The notes below the pieces were generated by a model. It had not been told where the DNA came from and ran no database searches. It saw nothing but the letters and a program-made list of their open reading frames with translations. From positions 1 to 50,260 of the IMG/VR virus record IMGVR_UViG_2728369607_000007: a stretch of DNA of 50,260 nucleotides, one strand, 5' to 3'. This document shows, one piece after another, positions 9,730-19,969 of the stretch (positions within the stretch are counted from its first letter, which is position 1; each line of letters begins with the position of its first letter). The stretch comes from a virus. Taxonomy: Duplodnaviria > Heunggongvirae > Uroviricota > Caudoviricetes. The position numbers and the translations under genes are program-made.

Positions 9730-11698
9730 ATCCTGGTTCAGGATGCAGACTGGGGGGCCGGGTGACGCGGATATTTATATTTATGACGAGATTGGTTTCT
9801 GGGGAGTTACCGCGAAGCAGTTTGTCAGCGAACTGAATGCACTGGGTGATATCACCCACATTAATCTCCATATCAATTCACCGGGTGGCGATGTCTTTGA
9901 AGGCATCGCCATTTTTAATGCCCTGAAAAATCAGGGGGCGACCATTACCGTGTATGTGGATGGCGTTGCCGCCTCGATGGCATCTGTGATTGCGATGGCC
10001 GGTGATACGGTCATTATGCCGGAAAATGCCTTCATGATGATCCATAAGCCATGGGGATTCAGTGGCGGGGATGCTGAGGATATGCGCAGTTATGCCGATT
10101 TGCTGGATAAAGTCGAATCGGTACTGTTGCCAGCCTATGCGCAGAAAACCGGAAAAACCACCGATGAAATTGCCGCCATGCTGGCGGATGAAACCTGGAT
10201 GTCCGGTGCCGAATGTCTGGCACACGGATTTGCTGACCAGGTGACACCCGCTGTTGAGGCAATGGCATGTATTCAGTCAAAACGTACAGAGGAATTTAAA
10301 AAGATGCCGGAATCCATCCGAAACATGATTACTCCGCCACGCAACAGTGCCCCGCGTGATACCACAGTGACAATCCCTGCACCGGCGGTAACAGAACCAT
10401 CACCGGTACCGGCAGTGTCTGATGAGGCGACCATTCGCGCCCGCGTTATGGCTGAGCAGAAAGCACGCATGTCAGGCATTAACGATCTGTTTGCCATGTT
10501 CGGCGGTCGCTATCAGACGCTTCAGGCACAGTGCGTGGCTGATCCTGACTGTTCGCTGGAAATGGCCCGTGAACGTCTGCTGAATGAAATGGGCAAGGAG
10601 TGCTCGCCGACCAACAAAAACACACCGGCCCATATTTATGCCGGAAACGGCAATTTTGTGGGAGACGGGATCCGCCAGGCGATGCTGGCCCGTGCCGGAT
10701 TTGAAAATGTCGAGAAGGATAACGCCTATAACGGGATGACCCTGCGTGAATGGGCTCGTATGTCACTGACGGAGCGCGGTATTGGGGTGGCCAGTTATAA
10801 CCCCATGCAGATGGTCGGGCTGGCGCTGACGCACAGCACCTCTGATTTTGGCAATATCCTGCTGGATGTGTCGAACAAGGGGCTGATCCAGGGCTGGGAG
10901 GAATCAGAAGAAACCTTCCAGAAGTGGACCCGTAAGGGACGCCTGTCAGACTTCAAAACAGCGTATCGCGTGGGGATGGGCGGTTTTGGTTCTCTGCGCC
11001 AGGTTCGTGAGGGGGCGGAGTATAAATACATCACCACCTCAGATCGCAAGGAGACCATTGCTCTGGCCACCTACGGGGAGATTTTCTCCATCACCCGCCA
11101 GGCCATTATCAATGATGATCTGAATATGCTGGTGGACGTGCCGATGAAGATGGGGCGTGCGGCGAAGGCAACGATTGGTGACCTGGTTTACAAGGTGCTG
11201 ACGGATAACCCGAAACTGTCCGACGGTAAGGCGCTGTTCCATGCCGATCACAAAAATATTGCCACCGGGGGGATCTCCGTTTCCGGACTGGATGCGGCCC
11301 GTCAGATGATGCGCCTGCAGAAAGAAGGCGATCGCGCCCTGAATATCCGTCCGGCCTTTATGCTGGTACCGGTGGCACTGGAGACGGTGGCGAACCAGAC
11401 CATCAAATCGGCCAGTGTGAAAGGGGCGGATGCAAACGCCGGTGTCATTAACCCTATCCAGAACTTTGCTGAGGTGATTGCAGAAGCGCGTCTTGATGCG
11501 GCAGACCCGAAAACCTGGTATCTGGCGGCGGCACAGGGCACTGACACCATTGAAGTGGCCTGGCTGGATGGTGTGGACACGCCATACATTGATCAGCAGG
11601 AAGGTTTCACCACTGACGGCATTGCCACAAAAATTCGTATTGATGCCGGTGTGGCACCACTTGACTGGCGCGGTCTGGTGCGTTCGTCGGTGGCCTGA
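9674..11698 (+). CDS. Prohead protease (ClpP/S49-like) fused to major capsid protein (Mu gpT-like domain)
   Basis: N-terminal ClpP-like motif SPGGDVFEG…AASMASVIAMAGD; C-terminal capsid-like domain; GTG 9674 with AAGGAGG RBS (alternative ATG 9719). Confidence 0.8.
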   Translation: MPELNDSISATPKASMKNKSWFRMQTGGPGDADIYIYDEIGFWGVTAKQFVSELNALGDITHINLHINSPGGDVFEGIAIFNALKNQGATITVYVDGVAASMASVIAMAGDTVIMPENAFMMIHKPWGFSGGDAEDMRSYADLLDKVESVLLPAYAQKTGKTTDEIAAMLADETWMSGAECLAHGFADQVTPAVEAMACIQSKRTEEFKKMPESIRNMITPPRNSAPRDTTVTIPAPAVTEPSPVPAVSDEATIRARVMAEQKARMSGINDLFAMFGGRYQTLQAQCVADPDCSLEMARERLLNEMGKECSPTNKNTPAHIYAGNGNFVGDGIRQAMLARAGFENVEKDNAYNGMTLREWARMSLTERGIGVASYNPMQMVGLALTHSTSDFGNILLDVSNKGLIQGWEESEETFQKWTRKGRLSDFKTAYRVGMGGFGSLRQVREGAEYKYITTSDRKETIALATYGEIFSITRQAIINDDLNMLVDVPMKMGRAAKATIGDLVYKVLTDNPKLSDGKALFHADHKNIATGGISVSGLDAARQMMRLQKEGDRALNIRPAFMLVPVALETVANQTIKSASVKGADANAGVINPIQNFAEVIAEARLDAADPKTWYLAAAQGTDTIEVAWLDGVDTPYIDQQEGFTTDGIATKIRIDAGVAPLDWRGLVRSSVA

Positions 11699-11719
11699 TA
11701 ACCGCGTTATCACAATCAC

Positions 11720-11741
11720 TGCCCGAAAGGGCTTTTTTTAT
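11720..11741 (+). terminator. Short hairpin plus T-run after capsid gene
   Basis: GCCCGAAAGGGC followed by TTTTTTTA. Confidence 0.35.
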
Positions 11742-11785
11742 GCCTGAAAAACAGCCCCACAGGGGCTGTCCGGAGAAACAGCATT

Positions 11786-12112
11786 ATGGCGAAAAATTTT
11801 GTACAGGACGGTACCACCATTGAACTGGTGAATGCCGGAGATCAGACCATCCTGAGCGGTGCTGCGGTGGTGGTCGGCAGTATGGTGGCCGTGGCCATTA
11901 CCGATATTCCTGCCGGTGAGGCCGGTGACGGTTTTGCCGAAGGCGTGTTCCTGCTGCCCAAACAGTCTGCTGACGACATTCAGTCCGGCGCGGTGGTTTA
12001 TCTGAAGGACGGGGTTGTGCAGCTGGCTGCAGACGGTGCGGTGGCAGCGGGGGTAGCCTGGGAAAATGCCCCTGCAAACAGCGCCACTGTGGCGGTAAAA
12101 ATCAATGTCTGA
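11786..12112 (+). CDS. Phage head protein, DUF2190-like (possible decoration/cement protein)
   Basis: Gly/Ala/Val-rich 108-aa protein following the capsid gene; family assignment from memory. Confidence 0.5.
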   Translation: MAKNFVQDGTTIELVNAGDQTILSGAAVVVGSMVAVAITDIPAGEAGDGFAEGVFLLPKQSADDIQSGAVVYLKDGVVQLAADGAVAAGVAWENAPANSATVAVKINV

Positions 12113-12386
12113 TCTGTTTACGCGAATGTGTTGCCGGATGGACGTGGCGACCGTTCGGGTGATGGGCAAACAGGCGGAGATTAACGGCGTCGTGTACGAC
12201 GTGATGCCGGAGGAAGAGTCCGCGGAGATGGGGGCGCTTTCGGGCAGCCAGTTGTCACTGGTGGTGTTTTCAGCCCGGTACCGTCCGGCCCGTCATGATG
12301 TTGTTGTGTTTGCGGGGCGCACACTGACGGTGACCCGTTATGACACGTACAACGGTAAACCCCGGATTTTTGTCGAACAGGAATGA
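12105..12386 (+). CDS. Head-tail attachment protein (FII-like position)
   Basis: 93-aa protein between head genes and Z; family often mislabelled as ATP-binding sugar transporter-like. Confidence 0.5.
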   Translation: MSDLFTRMCCRMDVATVRVMGKQAEINGVVYDVMPEEESAEMGALSGSQLSLVVFSARYRPARHDVVVFAGRTLTVTRYDTYNGKPRIFVEQE

Positions 12387-13012
12387 GTATGGCAATAAAA
12401 GGTCTGGCGCAGGCCATGAAAAATCTGGATGCAATTGATCGCCGTGCCGTTCCCCGGGCCTCTGCCACGACACTGAACCGCGTGGCGGGGGCCATTATTG
12501 CGAAAACGGCCTCTTCAGTTGCCAGGGAGCTGGCCGTTCCCCGTCGTCTTATCCGTGCCCGCATCCGGTTAAGTCCGGCACGACCGGATAAGGTTTACGC
12601 AAAGGTTTACATCAATACCGGCAACCTGCCCGCCATCAAACTGGGGGAGGCCCGCGTTCGACTTTCCCGCAGAAAACGGAGAAAGAAAGGACAGCGTGCG
12701 GCCCTGAAAGGGGGCGGCAGTGTGCTGATTGTGGGGAAAAGACGGATCCCGGACGCCTTTATCACCCGGCTGGCTAACGGACGCTGGCATGTGATGCAGC
12801 GTATGCCGTGGGCATCATCGTCCACCGGCGCGGACAGCAAAGGGAGGCCGAAACGCCACCGTCTGCCGATCGAAGTGGTGAAGATTCCGACTGCCGGACC
12901 GCTGGCAGAAACCTTTGAACGTGAACGGGACCGGATGTACCGGGAAAAATTACCGGCGCAGATGATGAAAGCCATGACGCATCAGTTACGCCTGGTGCTG
13001 AAAAGAAAATGA
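12383..13012 (+). CDS. Z: Minor tail protein Z
   Basis: Very strong similarity to lambda gpZ (MAIKGL…SRRKRRKKGQR…LKGGGSV…GRWHVMQR…). Confidence 0.9.
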   Translation: MSMAIKGLAQAMKNLDAIDRRAVPRASATTLNRVAGAIIAKTASSVARELAVPRRLIRARIRLSPARPDKVYAKVYINTGNLPAIKLGEARVRLSRRKRRKKGQRAALKGGGSVLIVGKRRIPDAFITRLANGRWHVMQRMPWASSSTGADSKGRPKRHRLPIEVVKIPTAGPLAETFERERDRMYREKLPAQMMKAMTHQLRLVLKRK

Positions 13013-13024
13013 CTGGGAGGGTGT

Positions 13025-13423
13025 ATGAAACACCGTGAAATACGGGCGGCAGTTCTGTCTGCCCTGAAAGAAAATATTTCTGAGAGGGTGAGCTGGTTTG
13101 ACGGTCGCCCGGTTTTTATTGATGAACAGGAACTGCCTGCTGTTGCTGTTTACCTGACAGATGCGTCTGCTGCTGACGAGTTCGTTGATGAGGGAACCTG
13201 GGAGGCGACACTGCATATTGAGGTTTTTCTCAGGGCAAAAGAACCGGACTCGGCACTGGATATGTGGATGGAAGAAAAAATTCTTCCTGCGCTGGAGGCA
13301 GTTCCCGGGCTCAGTGCATTACTGCTGAAGATGAATCTTCAGGGGTATGACTACCGCCGGGATGATGAGTTTATGATGTGGGGATCGGCAGATCTCCTGT
13401 GGAAAATTACCTACGAGATGTGA
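13025..13423 (+). CDS. U: Tail terminator protein U
   Basis: Strong similarity to lambda gpU (MKH.ELRAAVL…LHIEVFL…GYDYRRDD…ITYEM). Confidence 0.9.
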   Translation: MKHREIRAAVLSALKENISERVSWFDGRPVFIDEQELPAVAVYLTDASAADEFVDEGTWEATLHIEVFLRAKEPDSALDMWMEEKILPALEAVPGLSALLLKMNLQGYDYRRDDEFMMWGSADLLWKITYEM

Positions 13424-13430
13424 GGACGAT

Positions 13431-14183
13431 ATGGCAACACCAAATCCCCTTGAGCCGGTAAAAGGTGCCGGTACCACTCTGTGGGTTTACAACGGCAAGG
13501 GTGATGCTTATGCAAACCCGTTGTCAGACGATGACTGGCAGCGACTGGCTAAGGTGAAGGATCTGACGCCGGGCGAGATGACGGCAGAACCCTACGATGA
13601 TAACTACCTGGATGATGAAGACGCGGACTGGACCGCGACCGGGCAGGGGCAGAAGTCTGCAGGAGATACCAGTTTTACGCTGGCCTGGAAACCGGGAGAA
13701 GAAGGTCAGAAAGGGCTTATAGGCTGGTTTGAAAGCGGGGATGTGCGGGCCTATAAAATCCGTTTCCCAAATGGCACGGTGGATGTGTTCCGTGGCTGGG
13801 TCAGCAGTATCGGTAAGGCCGTGACGGCGAAAGAAGTGATCACCCGCACGGTGAAAGTCACTAACGTGGGCAAACCTTCCGTGGCGGAAGAACGCAGCGA
13901 AATTACGCCGGCCACTGCAATTAAGGTGACACCGACATCCGGTACGGTGGCAAAAGGGAAAACAACCACCCTGACTGTTTCTTTTGAGCCGGAAAGTGCA
14001 ACCGACAAGACGTTCAGAGCGGTTTCCGCCGATCCGTCGAAAGCCACCATTAGTGTGAAAGATATGACAATTACGGTAAACGGCGTGGCGACAGGTAAGG
14101 TGCAGATCCCTGTGGTGAGCGGAAATGGTCAGTTCGCCGCAGTGGCTGAAGTCACCGTTACTGAAGCGGGCGCTGCAGGGTAA
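13431..14183 (+). CDS. V: Major tail protein V
   Basis: Strong similarity to lambda gpV including C-terminal Ig-like domain. Confidence 0.9.
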   Translation: MATPNPLEPVKGAGTTLWVYNGKGDAYANPLSDDDWQRLAKVKDLTPGEMTAEPYDDNYLDDEDADWTATGQGQKSAGDTSFTLAWKPGEEGQKGLIGWFESGDVRAYKIRFPNGTVDVFRGWVSSIGKAVTAKEVITRTVKVTNVGKPSVAEERSEITPATAIKVTPTSGTVAKGKTTTLTVSFEPESATDKTFRAVSADPSKATISVKDMTITVNGVATGKVQIPVVSGNGQFAAVAEVTVTEAGAAG

Positions 14184-14196
14184 ACGGAGGTAATAC

Positions 14197-14619
14197 ATGT
14201 TTCTGAAAACAGAACAATTTGAATATAACGGTGTGTCCGTCACGCTTTCCGAATTGTCTGCGCTGCAGCGGTTTGATTATATAAAGTTTGTTTCAGACGC
14301 AGAACAACAGGAGACAACGAAGCATGATGTCGTGCACATTAACCAGCGATATCTGGAAACGGCATCCTTGCTTGTGGCGATGTCGCTATGGCATTCCCAT
14401 TCCCTCAAAGGCACTCTGGCCTCTCCGGAGACAGAGATGCAGCAGATCCGCCGTGAAGTGATGCTGGGATGGCCTGCTGATGCACTGAATCAGGCAACGA
14501 ACCGGGTGCTTTATCTTTCAGGTATGCTGGATAACCGGCACGATGCCGATCCTGAACCAACCGGGAAAGCAGAAGCGACTGAGCCGGTAACATCAAAAAA
14601 GCATTCGAAGGCGAGCTGA
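14197..14619 (+). CDS. G: Tail assembly chaperone G
   Basis: Strong similarity to lambda gpG (MFLKTE.FE.NGV.VTLSELSALQR…). Confidence 0.9.
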   Translation: MFLKTEQFEYNGVSVTLSELSALQRFDYIKFVSDAEQQETTKHDVVHINQRYLETASLLVAMSLWHSHSLKGTLASPETEMQQIRREVMLGWPADALNQATNRVLYLSGMLDNRHDADPEPTGKAEATEPVTSKKHSKAS

Positions 14620-14954
14620 ACTTTGTCCTGAAACTGGCGCGTGAGATGGGGAGAGCAGACTGGCGCGCCATGCTTGCCGGGATGACATCCACCGAATATG
14701 CCGACTGGCGACGTTTTTACTGCACGCATTATTTTCAGGATACCCAACTGGACGCTCATTTTTCCGGGCTGACGTACGCCGTACTCAGCCTGTTTTTTTG
14801 CGATCCGGATATGCATCCGGCGGATTTCAGCCTGTTCGCTCCGGAGGCAGAGGAAGGGCAGGCGGAGACGCCGGACGAAAATGATGTACTGATGCAGAAG
14901 GCGGCGGGCCTCGCCGGTGGAGTCCGTTTCGGGGAGGAGGGAAGGAGGTTGTGA
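14197..14954 (+). CDS. T: Tail assembly chaperone G-T fusion produced by -1 programmed frameshift at A_AAA_AAG (14595-14601)
   Basis: Slippery heptamer A AAA AAG in G frame 20 nt before G stop; -1 frame is open from there to 14954 (the T ORF, ORF-track 14646..14954). Confidence 0.75.
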
Positions 14955-14997
14955 CAGTTATTGATGGTATCAGAGGACATTTCAGGAGGTGACCACG

Positions 14998-17613
14998 ATG
15001 GCAGGTAATTTTGCCGATCTGACAGCCGTGCTGACACTGGATTCTGCCCGTTTTTCTGAAGAGGCAGCGCGGGTAAAAAAAGAGCTGGGTGAAACCAGTG
15101 CGCTTGCTGATTTGATGTCCGGGAAAGTCAGTCAGTCTTTCAGAAAACAGGCTGATGCTGCTGAGCAGAGTCTGAGCCGCCAGGCGCTGGCTGCACAAAA
15201 AGCCGGGATGTCCGTCGGGCAGTATAAAGCCGCCATGCGTATGCTACCCATGCAGTTCACCGACGTGGCCACGCAGCTTGCCGGTGGTCAGAATCCCTGG
15301 CTCATCCTGCTGCAACAGGGCGGTCAGGTGAAGGACTCATTCGGCGGGATGATCCCCATGTTCCGGGGGCTTGCCGGTGCGATCAGCCTGCCGATGGTCG
15401 GGGTCACCTCGCTGGCGGTGGCGACCGGTGCGCTGGCGTACGCCTGGTACCAGGGGGATTCCACGCTTTCAGCGTTTAATAAAACCCTGGTTCTTTCCGG
15501 TAATCAGTCAGGACTGACGGCAGAGCGCATGCTGACGCTCTCCAGAGCCGGGCAGGCGGCAGGGCTGACGTTTAACCAGGCGGGAGAGTCACTGGCAGCC
15601 CTGGTCAGTGCCGGTGTGCGTGGTGGTGAACAGTTTGATGCCATTAACCAGAGTGTGGCGCGTTTTGCGTCTGCCTCCGGTGTGGAGGTGGACAAGGTTG
15701 CAGAGGCTTTCGGAAAACTGACCACCGACCCGACGTCGGGGCTGACTGCGATGGCACGCCAGTTCCGCAACGTGACGGCGGAGCAGATTGCGTATGTTGC
15801 ACAGCTGCAGCGTTCCGGAGACGAGGCCGGTGCCTTACAGGCGGCGAACGATGCTGCCACGAAAGGCTTTGATGAGCAGACCCGCCGCCTGAAAGAGAAC
15901 ATGGGGACGCTGGAAACCTGGGCGGATAAAACAGGAAAGGCGTTCAAATCGATGTGGGATGCCATTCTGGATATCGGTCGTCCTGAATCCTCAGCGGATA
16001 TGCTCGCCAGTGCGCAGAAGGCATTTGATGAGGCGGATAAAAAATGGCAGTGGTACCAGAGCCGGAGCCAGCGCCGCGGTAAAACCTCCTCTTTCCGGGC
16101 CAACCTTCAGGGTGCATGGGATGACCGGGAAAATGCCCGTCTGGGGCTGGCGGCGGCAACGCTGCAGTCGGATATGGAAAAAGCCGGTGAACTGGCGGCA
16201 AGGGACAGGGCTGAGCGTGAGGCGTCACAGCTGAAGTATACCGGAGAGGCGCAGAAAGCGTATGAACGCCTGTTGTCGCCGCTGGATAAATATACCGCCC
16301 GGCAGAAAGAGCTGAATCAGGCCCTGAAAGACGGGAAAATCCTGCAGGCAGATTACAACACGCTGATGGCGTCGGCGAAAAAGGATTATGAATCAACGCA
16401 GAAAAAACCGAAGTCGTCAGGTGTCAGAGTGTCAGCCGGGGAGCGTCAGGAAGACCGGGCGCATGCAGCCCTGCTTGCCCTTGAAGCTGAACTCAGGACG
16501 CTGGAAAAACACAGCGGTGCGAATGAGAAAATCAGCCAGCAGCGCCGTGATTTATGGAAAGCGGAAAGTCAGTATGCAGTCCTGAAAGAGGCCGCCACGA
16601 AACGACAGTTATCCGGGCAGGAAAAATCCCTGCTGGCCCATGAGAAAGAGACGCTGGAGTACAAACGCCAGCTGGCTGAGCTGGGCGACAAGGTTGAATA
16701 CCAGAAACGGCTGAATGAGCTGGCACAGCAGGCGGTGCGGTTTGAAGAGCAGCAGAGCGCGAAGCAGGCCGCCATCAGCGCAAAAGCCCGTGGTCTCACT
16801 GACCGTCAGGCGCAGCGGGAGTCTGAAGCGCAGCGTCTTCGTGACGTGTATGGCGATAATCCGCAGGCGCTGGCCCGGGTCACCGGGGCACTGAAACAGA
16901 CATGGGTGGATGAAGACATGCTGCGCGGTGACTGGCTGGCCGGTCTGAAGTCCGGCTGGGGTGAGTGGGCGGAAAGTGCGACGGACAGTTTTTCGCAGGT
17001 TAAAAGTGTGGCCACGCAGACCTTTGATGGTATTGCACAGAATATGGCGGCGATGCTGACCGGTGCAGAGGCAGACTGGCGGGGATTCACCCGTTCGGTG
17101 CTGTCCATGATGACAGAAATCCTGCTTAAACAGGCCATGGTGGGCATTGTCGGGCGTATCGGCAGCGCCATCGGGGGAGCCATTGGTGGTGCTGGCGCAT
17201 CCGCTTCCACGGGGACAGCCATTCAGGCTGCGGCAGCGAACTTTCATTTTGCGACCGGCGGATTTACGGGCACGGGCGGCAAATATGAGCCTGCGGGGAT
17301 AGTTCACCGCGGGGAGTTTGTCTTCACGAAGGAGGCAACCAGCCGGATAGGTGTGGGGAATCTTTACCGCCTGATGCGCGGCTATGCGGAAGGTGGTTAT
17401 GTGGGTGGTGCCGGAAGTCCGGCGCAGATGCGGCGGGCGGAAGGTATTAATTTTAATCAGAACAATCACGTGGTGATTCAGAACGACGGTATCAACGGAC
17501 AGGCGGGGCCGCAGCTGATGAAGGCGGTGTATGACATGGCCCGCAAGGGAGCGCAGGATGAGCTCCGGCTGCAGTTGCGTGATGGCGGTATGTTATCAGG
17601 GAGCGGGCGATGA
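14998..17613 (+). CDS. H: Tail tape measure protein H
   Basis: Very strong similarity to lambda gpH along its length; ATG 14998 with AGGAGG RBS. Confidence 0.9.
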   Translation: MAGNFADLTAVLTLDSARFSEEAARVKKELGETSALADLMSGKVSQSFRKQADAAEQSLSRQALAAQKAGMSVGQYKAAMRMLPMQFTDVATQLAGGQNPWLILLQQGGQVKDSFGGMIPMFRGLAGAISLPMVGVTSLAVATGALAYAWYQGDSTLSAFNKTLVLSGNQSGLTAERMLTLSRAGQAAGLTFNQAGESLAALVSAGVRGGEQFDAINQSVARFASASGVEVDKVAEAFGKLTTDPTSGLTAMARQFRNVTAEQIAYVAQLQRSGDEAGALQAANDAATKGFDEQTRRLKENMGTLETWADKTGKAFKSMWDAILDIGRPESSADMLASAQKAFDEADKKWQWYQSRSQRRGKTSSFRANLQGAWDDRENARLGLAAATLQSDMEKAGELAARDRAEREASQLKYTGEAQKAYERLLSPLDKYTARQKELNQALKDGKILQADYNTLMASAKKDYESTQKKPKSSGVRVSAGERQEDRAHAALLALEAELRTLEKHSGANEKISQQRRDLWKAESQYAVLKEAATKRQLSGQEKSLLAHEKETLEYKRQLAELGDKVEYQKRLNELAQQAVRFEEQQSAKQAAISAKARGLTDRQAQRESEAQRLRDVYGDNPQALARVTGALKQTWVDEDMLRGDWLAGLKSGWGEWAESATDSFSQVKSVATQTFDGIAQNMAAMLTGAEADWRGFTRSVLSMMTEILLKQAMVGIVGRIGSAIGGAIGGAGASASTGTAIQAAAANFHFATGGFTGTGGKYEPAGIVHRGEFVFTKEATSRIGVGNLYRLMRGYAEGGYVGGAGSPAQMRRAEGINFNQNNHVVIQNDGINGQAGPQLMKAVYDMARKGAQDELRLQLRDGGMLSGSGR

Positions 17614-17939
17614 AAACCTTTCGCTGGAAAGTGAAGCCGGATATGGAGGTGAACTCGCAGCCATCGGTGCGTGAAGTGCGTTTTGGTGACGGGTACTCAC
17701 AGCGTATGGCGGCAGGGCTGAATGCTGACCTGAAAACATACCGGGTGATGCTTTCCGTGACCCGGGAGGAGGCCCGGCATCTGGAAGCGTTCCTGGCAGA
17801 GCACGGGGGCTGGAAGGCATTTTTGTGGAAGCCACCCTATGCATACCGGCAGATAAAGGTGACCTGTGCCGGGTGGTCTGCGCGGGTCGGGATGTTGCGC
17901 GTTGAGTTCAGCGCGGAGTTTAAGCAGGTGGTGAACTGA
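17610..17939 (+). CDS. M: Minor tail protein M
   Basis: Strong similarity to lambda gpM (MKTFRWKVKP…VRFGDGYSQR…). Confidence 0.9.
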   Translation: MKTFRWKVKPDMEVNSQPSVREVRFGDGYSQRMAAGLNADLKTYRVMLSVTREEARHLEAFLAEHGGWKAFLWKPPYAYRQIKVTCAGWSARVGMLRVEFSAEFKQVVN

Positions 17940-18637
17940 TGCAGGATATTCACGAAGAAACTCTTAACGAGTCGGTTAAGTCAGAGCAGTCACCGCGGGT
18001 GGTGCTCTGGGAAATCGACCTGACAGCGCAGGGCGGTGAGCGGTATTTTTTCTGCAATGAGCTGAATGAAAAAGGGGAGCCGGTGACCTGGCAGGGGCGT
18101 GAATATCAGGCGTACCCGATTGAGGGGAGTAGCTTTGAGATGAACGGAAAGGGCAGCAGTGCCCGCCCGTCGCTGACAGTGTCCAATCTTTTCGGCCTTG
18201 TCACCGGGATGGCGGAGGATTTGCAGAGCCTGGTGGGGGCCACGGTGGTCCGTCGCCGGGTGTATGCGCGTTTTCTGGATGCGGTGAACTTTGTGGCGGG
18301 GAATCCGGAGGCCGACCCGGAGCAGGAGCTGACGGACCGGTGGGTGGTGGAGCAGATGTCAGCGCTGACGGCCATGACGGCCTCGTTTGTGCTGGCGACA
18401 CCGACGGAGACGGACGGTGCGCTGTTTCCCGGTCGCATCATGCTGGCGAACACCTGTATGTGGGATTACCGGGGCGATGAATGCGGGTATAACGGTCCGG
18501 CAGTGGCGGATGAGTTCGACAACCCCACCACGGATATCCGGAAGGACAGATGCAGTAAATGCATGCGCGGGTGTGAGATGCGCGGCATGGTGGCTAATTT
18601 CGGCGGTTTCCTTTCCATTAATAAACTTTCGCAGTAA
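17939..18637 (+). CDS. L: Minor tail protein L
   Basis: Strong similarity to lambda gpL (MQDI.QETLNE…FGGFLSINKLSQ). Confidence 0.9.
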   Translation: MQDIHEETLNESVKSEQSPRVVLWEIDLTAQGGERYFFCNELNEKGEPVTWQGREYQAYPIEGSSFEMNGKGSSARPSLTVSNLFGLVTGMAEDLQSLVGATVVRRRVYARFLDAVNFVAGNPEADPEQELTDRWVVEQMSALTAMTASFVLATPTETDGALFPGRIMLANTCMWDYRGDECGYNGPAVADEFDNPTTDIRKDRCSKCMRGCEMRGMVANFGGFLSINKLSQ

Positions 18638-18647
18638 ATCCCGTTTT

Positions 18648-19391
18648 ATGACACAGACTGAATCAGCGATTCTGGCGCATGCCCGGCGGTGTGCGCCAGC
18701 GGAGTCGTGCGGCTTCGTGATAAGCACCCCGGAGGGCGAACGGTACCAGTCCTGCGTGAATATCTCCGCAGAGCCGGAGGCGTACTTTCGTATTGCGCCG
18801 GAAGACTGGCTGCAGGCACAGATGCAGGGGGAGATTGTGGCGCTGGTCCACAGTCATCCCGGTGGTCTGCCCTGGCTGAGCGAGGCGGACCGGCGGCTGC
18901 AGATAAAGAGTGCCCTGCCCTGGTGGCTGGTCTGTCGGGGTGAAATTCACCGCTTCCGCTGTGTGCCGCACCTGACCGGACGGCGCTTTGAACACGGTGT
19001 GACGGACTGTTACACCCTGTTCCGGGATGCATACCATCTGGCGGGGATAACGCTGCCGGATTTTGTGCGTGAGGATGACTGGTGGCGCAACGGCCAGAAC
19101 CTGTACCTGGACAACCTGGCGGAAAACGGCTTTTGCCGGGTGTCTCCATCCTGTGCACAGGCAGGCGATATTCTGCTGTGCTGCTTTGGTTCATCGGTGC
19201 CGAATCATGCCGCCATTTACTGTGGCAACGGTGACCTGCTTCACCATATACCTGAACAACTGAGTAAACGGGAGAGGTATTCTGAAAAATGGCAACGACG
19301 AACGCATTCTGTCTGGCGTCACCGCCACTGGTCCGCATCTGCCTTCACGGGGATTTACAACGATTTGGTCGCCGCATCAGCCTGTATGTGA
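18648..19391 (+). CDS. K: Tail assembly protein K (NlpC/P60 and JAB/MPN-like)
   Basis: Similarity to lambda gpK; internal ATG 18648 of ORF 18387..19391; 3-prime end overlaps I by ~100 nt in another frame. Confidence 0.8.
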   Translation: MTQTESAILAHARRCAPAESCGFVISTPEGERYQSCVNISAEPEAYFRIAPEDWLQAQMQGEIVALVHSHPGGLPWLSEADRRLQIKSALPWWLVCRGEIHRFRCVPHLTGRRFEHGVTDCYTLFRDAYHLAGITLPDFVREDDWWRNGQNLYLDNLAENGFCRVSPSCAQAGDILLCCFGSSVPNHAAIYCGNGDLLHHIPEQLSKRERYSEKWQRRTHSVWRHRHWSASAFTGIYNDLVAASACM

Positions 19392-19969
19392 ACACGGCAG
19401 CGGAGGCCATCCGTGCCCTGTCGCAGCAGGTGCCGGGATTCCGCTGTCAGATGAACGAAGGCTGGTACCAGATACGTATTGCCGGTGAGGATACCGCGCC
19501 GGAGGCGGTGTATGCCCGTCTTCATGAACCGCTGAGCGGGAGAGCCGTGATACATATTGTACCGAGGCTGGCAGGGGCCGGGGGAAATGGTGTTTTTCAG
19601 GTGGTGCTGGGGGCTGCAGCCATCGTGGGCTCTTTCTTCACCGCCGGTGCAACGATGGCGTTGTGGGGCGCAGCCCTGAGTGCCGGAGGGCTGACTGCCA
19701 CCACGATGCTGTTCTCACTGGGTGCCAGCATGATACTGGGTGGTGTGGCCCAGATGCTGGCCCCGAAGGCAAAGACGCCGGAGTACAAAAGCACGGATAA
19801 CGGCAGACAGAACACGTATTTTTCGTCACTGGACAACATGATTGCTCAGGGGAATCCGGTGCCGGTGCCTTACGGTGAAATGCTGGTTGGTTCACGACGG
19901 ATATCCCAGGACATCAGCACCCGTGATGAGGGCGGTGACGGGAAAGTGGTGGTTATCGGGCGGGGATGA
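19289..19969 (+). CDS. I: Tail assembly protein I
   Basis: Strong similarity to lambda gpI (…FGRRI.L.V.T.AEAIRAL…GSFFTAGAT…). Confidence 0.85.
   Translation: MATTNAFCLASPPLVRICLHGDLQRFGRRISLYVNTAAEAIRALSQQVPGFRCQMNEGWYQIRIAGEDTAPEAVYARLHEPLSGRAVIHIVPRLAGAGGNGVFQVVLGAAAIVGSFFTAGATMALWGAALSAGGLTATTMLFSLGASMILGGVAQMLAPKAKTPEYKSTDNGRQNTYFSSLDNMIAQGNPVPVPYGEMLVGSRRISQDISTRDEGGDGKVVVIGRG

Noticed and set aside
13524-14243. 239-aa minus-strand ORF overlapping V and G
   Set aside because: Overlaps two confidently identified tail genes; Cys/His/Arg-rich shadow-frame translation.
15504-17469. Antisense ORFs inside the tape measure gene (15504..16103 -, 15944..16396 -, 16609..17469 -, 16806..17222 -)
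   Set aside because: Shadow ORFs of a high-GC gene with strong lambda H homology on the plus strand; no start signals.
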